A program made the translations under genes and the position numbers. A stretch of DNA of 37,937 nt from positions 1 through 37,937 of the IMG/VR virus record IMGVR_UViG_3300025530_000419; one strand, 5' to 3'. This document shows positions 34,915 to 37,937 of this stretch, one piece after another. The first letter of the stretch is position 1. Each line of letters opens with the position of its first letter. Under the pieces are notes generated by a model. That model did not search any database and had not been told where the DNA came from. It was given only the letters and a program-made list of their open reading frames with translations. The stretch comes from a virus. Taxonomy: Duplodnaviria > Caudoviricetes.

Positions 34915-35119
34915 TATTATTTCTTGTAAATAAAAAGTCATATTCATACTCCGGGAAAAAGACTTTTTTTATTTTTGCTGCTTCATCAAAGGTAAATCCC
35001 GAAGCAACAAGACCATTAAGCTTATCGCTTATTGTAGCTTGTCTGCAATTAAGTAAATTTGCTATTTGTACGCCGGTTACACCTTTTGCTTTCATAACTT
35101 TAATTAGGTTGTTATACAT
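34898..35119 (-). CDS. Cro-like Xre HTH regulator
   Basis: MY.NL...M...GVT..QIA.LL.....TISDKLNG...FT.DEA.KIK..FFP; divergent from the repressor; SD AAGGAG. Confidence 0.9.
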   Translation of the reverse strand: MYNNLIKVMKAKGVTGVQIANLLNCRQATISDKLNGLVASGFTFDEAAKIKKVFFPEYEYDFLFTRNNTNICS

Positions 35120-35141
35120 AATCTCTCTCCTTTCTTCCAAA

Positions 35142-35274
35142 TTCGTACTTCCGTATTTCTTACCCCTATTATATACCGACTTACGAATTTGGTCAACATA
35201 AAATTACTGACTTTCGAATTATTACGTTTTTCCGTATTTTTTTACTTTACAAATTTCGTAAAATGGTATATAAT
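35142..35274. promoter_or_regulatory. Genetic switch: divergent promoters and four 14-bp operators
   Basis: - strand TTGACC-17-TATAAT (35196-35168); + strand TTTACA-17-TATAAT (35246-35274); TWCN-N6-CGWA sites at 35142, 35174, 35205, 35223. Confidence 0.8.
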
Positions 35275-35289
35275 CAATAAAAAATTGTT

Positions 35290-35619
35290 ATGGGGTGGGA
35301 TATGGAAAAAGCAAAAATATTAGAAAAATTAATTAAAGAGCAAGGATATAATTTAAAAACATTTGCTGAGAAATGCGGAATTCCATATACGACTTTATAT
35401 GGAATCATTAAAAATGGTGTCGGTAGGGCATCCATTGATAACGTACTAATTATATGCAAGAATTTAGGAATAAAAGTGGAAGATCTTGAAGCTATGGCTA
35501 ATGGTCTCGAAGAAGCTGAACCTACATATGATGAATTGCAATATCTTATAGCACGAAACGGGAAAAAATTAACTGTTGAAGAAAAGATGAAGTTAATCAA
35601 ATTGTTATCTGAATTATAA
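35290..35619 (+). CDS. CI/ImmR-like Xre repressor (start may be 35302)
   Basis: N-terminal HTH (LK.FAEK.GIPYTTLY.I...GV..ASIDNV..ICK.LGI); no autoprotease domain. Confidence 0.9.
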   Translation: MGWDMEKAKILEKLIKEQGYNLKTFAEKCGIPYTTLYGIIKNGVGRASIDNVLIICKNLGIKVEDLEAMANGLEEAEPTYDELQYLIARNGKKLTVEEKMKLIKLLSEL

Positions 35620-35631
35620 GAGGTTTAAGGC

Positions 35632-36324
35632 ATGGATTACGAATGCATTAAATATGCGATTTTGAAAGTATATAAGGACTGTAATATTAAATCATTTCCT
35701 ATTGACTGTTTCGAAATATTAAATGCATATGATTTAAAAGTATATTCATATGATGCTTTACCAGATAATTTAAAAGAGTACTGCATGAAATTTAGTGAAG
35801 ATGCTATTAATTTTAAGAATATAATATGTTATAACAACAATCTTCCGACTGGTCGTATACGTTTTTCTTTAATGCATGAACTTGGACATGTGATTCTTAA
35901 ACATAATCAAATAAAAAGTAATCGGCTCGAACAAGAAGCTAATTTCTTTGCAAGTAATATACTTGCACCACGAATGGCAATTCATTATTCCAAATGTAAA
36001 GATCCAAATTCTATTAGTAGGTTATTTGGAATAACACATGAAGCAGCCAAAATAGCATTTGAAGATTATATGCGCTGGTATAAACGGATAGCAAAGTTTA
36101 AAATGAGCCGATTTGATAAAGCCCTTTATACTCATTTTTACAATTCCGATGTAAACCGTTTTGTATATAATATAAAACGATGTGCTATGTGCGACACCTT
36201 GATTTATAATTCAAATTATTATGTTTGTGATAAATGTTACAATTATGACGATCAGAATATTAATTATTTCAAAAATGATGATTTATTAATTGCTGAAAGC
36301 CAATGGTTATATGGAGGATTGTGA
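35632..36324 (+). CDS. ImmA/IrrE-family metallo-endopeptidase (anti-repressor)
   Basis: R.RFSL.HELGH..L.H...EQEAN.FA...LAP; C-terminal CxxC...CxxC. Confidence 0.92.
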   Translation: MDYECIKYAILKVYKDCNIKSFPIDCFEILNAYDLKVYSYDALPDNLKEYCMKFSEDAINFKNIICYNNNLPTGRIRFSLMHELGHVILKHNQIKSNRLEQEANFFASNILAPRMAIHYSKCKDPNSISRLFGITHEAAKIAFEDYMRWYKRIAKFKMSRFDKALYTHFYNSDVNRFVYNIKRCAMCDTLIYNSNYYVCDKCYNYDDQNINYFKNDDLLIAESQWLYGGL

Positions 36325-36326
36325 TT

Positions 36327-37937
36327 ATGAGCTATGTTATTTATTTAAGAAAATCAAGAGCTGATATTGAAGCTGAAATGCATGGTGAAGGCGAGACATT
36401 ATTACGACATGAAAAAGCCCTTCTTGAATTGGCTAAAAAACTCAAGCTTAATGTAACAGAAATATACCGGGAAATCGTTTCCGGAGAAACAATTGCCGCA
36501 AGACCAATGATGCAAAAATTGCTTGAAGAAGTTGAAAAAGGCTTATGGGAAGGCGTCTTAGTAATGGAAATTGAACGTCTGGCCAGAGGCGACACAATAG
36601 ATCAAGGTATAGTTGCTCAGGCTTTTAGAATATCAAATACTAAAATAATTACTCCATTTAAAATATATGACCCATCAAATGAATTTGATGAAGAATATTT
36701 TGAATTCAACCTCTTTATGTCCAGGCGTGAATATAAAACAATTAATCGTCGTATTCAACGAGGCCGTATTGCATCTGTTAAAGAAGGGAAATTTATATCT
36801 TCAGTTGCTCCTTATGGATACGAGAAAGTTAAAATCAAGAATGATAAAGGTTATACATTAGAAATAAATCCAGAACAAGCAAATGTAGTAAAAATGATTT
36901 ATCAATGGTATACAGTGGGTGATAGGCAGCCCGATGGAACTTATTTAAGGCTTGGCGCAACAAGAATAGCAAGAAAATTAGATGAATTAGGCATAAAACC
37001 TATGATAAACGAAAAATGGTCAAAAGCTTCCATACAAGATATATTAAAAAACCCTGTATATATTGGTAAAATCCGCTGGGCTTATAGAAAGGAAATTAAA
37101 CAGGTTAGTAATAACCAGATCGTCATAACAAGACCTAATTCCAACGATTATATCTTAGTGGATGGTTTACATGAACCTATTATAGATGAAGTAACATTTT
37201 ATAAAGCACAAGAATTAATGGCCAAAAGAACACATCCGCCTGTACCAGGAAGCGACACACTTAAAAATCCTTTATCAGGTATCATTTATTGCGGGAAATG
37301 CGGCACAATGATGACCCGACTGGCTAAAAATACAAAAACCCCTTATGATGCTTTAAAATGCCCTAACCGTTATTGTGACAACGTATCTTCTCCGCTTTAT
37401 TTGGTAGAAAAAATATTGTTAAATCAATTAAAAAAATGGCTTGCTGAATATAAAGTACAATGGAATATTGATAAATTAAATATGCCATATTCTCAATCCA
37501 TTAAAGAAAAGCAAAATGCTTTAAATCTTATTAAATCTAAATATAATCAACTCAATGAGCAAAGAGAACGAATTTTTACATTTTTAGAACAGGGTATTTA
37601 TACCCCTGATATATTTACAGAAAGAAACAAAAAAATTTCTGAACAGATTAGTATTATAGAAAAAAATATAAAAAGCTTAGAGCAAGAAATTAGTGAATTA
37701 AAAGAGGAAGAAATTAATAATGATATATTTATTCCAAAAGTAGAACATATTTTAGAGGCATACGACAAATTAAATTCAGCATCCGAAAAAAATAAGCAGC
37801 TTAAAGAAATTTTAAATCGTGTGGAATATATTAAAACTGAACCAAACAAAAAAGGTAATAGAGATAATGCAAATTTTGAACTTAGACTTTATCCTAAAGT
37901 AAGAAAATATTCTCAAAATTATGCCCATGACCTGTAA
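36327..37937 (+). CDS. Large serine recombinase (integrase)
   Basis: YLRKSR catalytic motif, RLARG, recombinase domain (PYGY, IL.NP.YIG, HEPII), zinc ribbon CGKCG...C...C, coiled coil. Confidence 0.96.
   Translation: MSYVIYLRKSRADIEAEMHGEGETLLRHEKALLELAKKLKLNVTEIYREIVSGETIAARPMMQKLLEEVEKGLWEGVLVMEIERLARGDTIDQGIVAQAFRISNTKIITPFKIYDPSNEFDEEYFEFNLFMSRREYKTINRRIQRGRIASVKEGKFISSVAPYGYEKVKIKNDKGYTLEINPEQANVVKMIYQWYTVGDRQPDGTYLRLGATRIARKLDELGIKPMINEKWSKASIQDILKNPVYIGKIRWAYRKEIKQVSNNQIVITRPNSNDYILVDGLHEPIIDEVTFYKAQELMAKRTHPPVPGSDTLKNPLSGIIYCGKCGTMMTRLAKNTKTPYDALKCPNRYCDNVSSPLYLVEKILLNQLKKWLAEYKVQWNIDKLNMPYSQSIKEKQNALNLIKSKYNQLNEQRERIFTFLEQGIYTPDIFTERNKKISEQISIIEKNIKSLEQEISELKEEEINNDIFIPKVEHILEAYDKLNSASEKNKQLKEILNRVEYIKTEPNKKGNRDNANFELRLYPKVRKYSQNYAHDL

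Larger units (their letters stand above)
1..37937. mobile_element. Temperate prophage with contractile tail (SPP1-like head, PBSX/Xkd-like tail, serine integrase); both ends extend beyond the window
   Basis: Canonical module order: integrase, immA, cI | cro, replication, late activator, terminase, head, tail, holin, lysin. Confidence 0.97.

Noticed and set aside
34884-35201. + strand 105 aa ORF downstream of the LexA-box promoter
   Set aside because: Antisense shadow of cro; first ATG lies inside the promoter and there is no SD
37880-37937. Attachment site
   Set aside because: The window ends at the integrase stop and the other prophage end is also outside it, so no att can be assigned

Overview
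Almost the whole window is one temperate myovirus-type (contractile tail) prophage of a low-GC Firmicute, probably Clostridia. This host call is inferred from the gene families and sigma-A/LexA signals. Read from the right end: a + strand lysogeny module (Xre repressor, ImmA/IrrE-type metalloprotease, large serine recombinase ending at the last base), then one long - strand arm. That arm holds cro, small early genes with an orphan C5 DNA methyltransferase, AbrB, an SMC-like ATPase/RecT/MBL/SSB/ERCC4 recombination block, a DUF927 helicase followed by an iteron origin, a DUF1492-type late activator, a moron, PBSX-type terminase, an SPP1-like head, an Xkd-like tail and baseplate, a Kelch beta-propeller receptor-binding candidate, a holin and a truncated amidase. 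The att sites are outside the window. Most notable observations: (1) a MuF minor head protein with a C-terminal toxin-like domain and a coupled immunity-like gene; (2) a near-consensus promoter with a LexA box that fires antisense through cro toward cI-immA-int; (3) a diverged duplicated two-gene cassette flanking the methyltransferase, whose membrane-protein genes both appear to start at AUA; (4) several candidate sRNAs and structured leaders; (5) a -1 frameshift in the tail chaperone; (6) a self-contained moron that may be a defence gene. All family assignments are by motif recognition and synteny; no database search was run.
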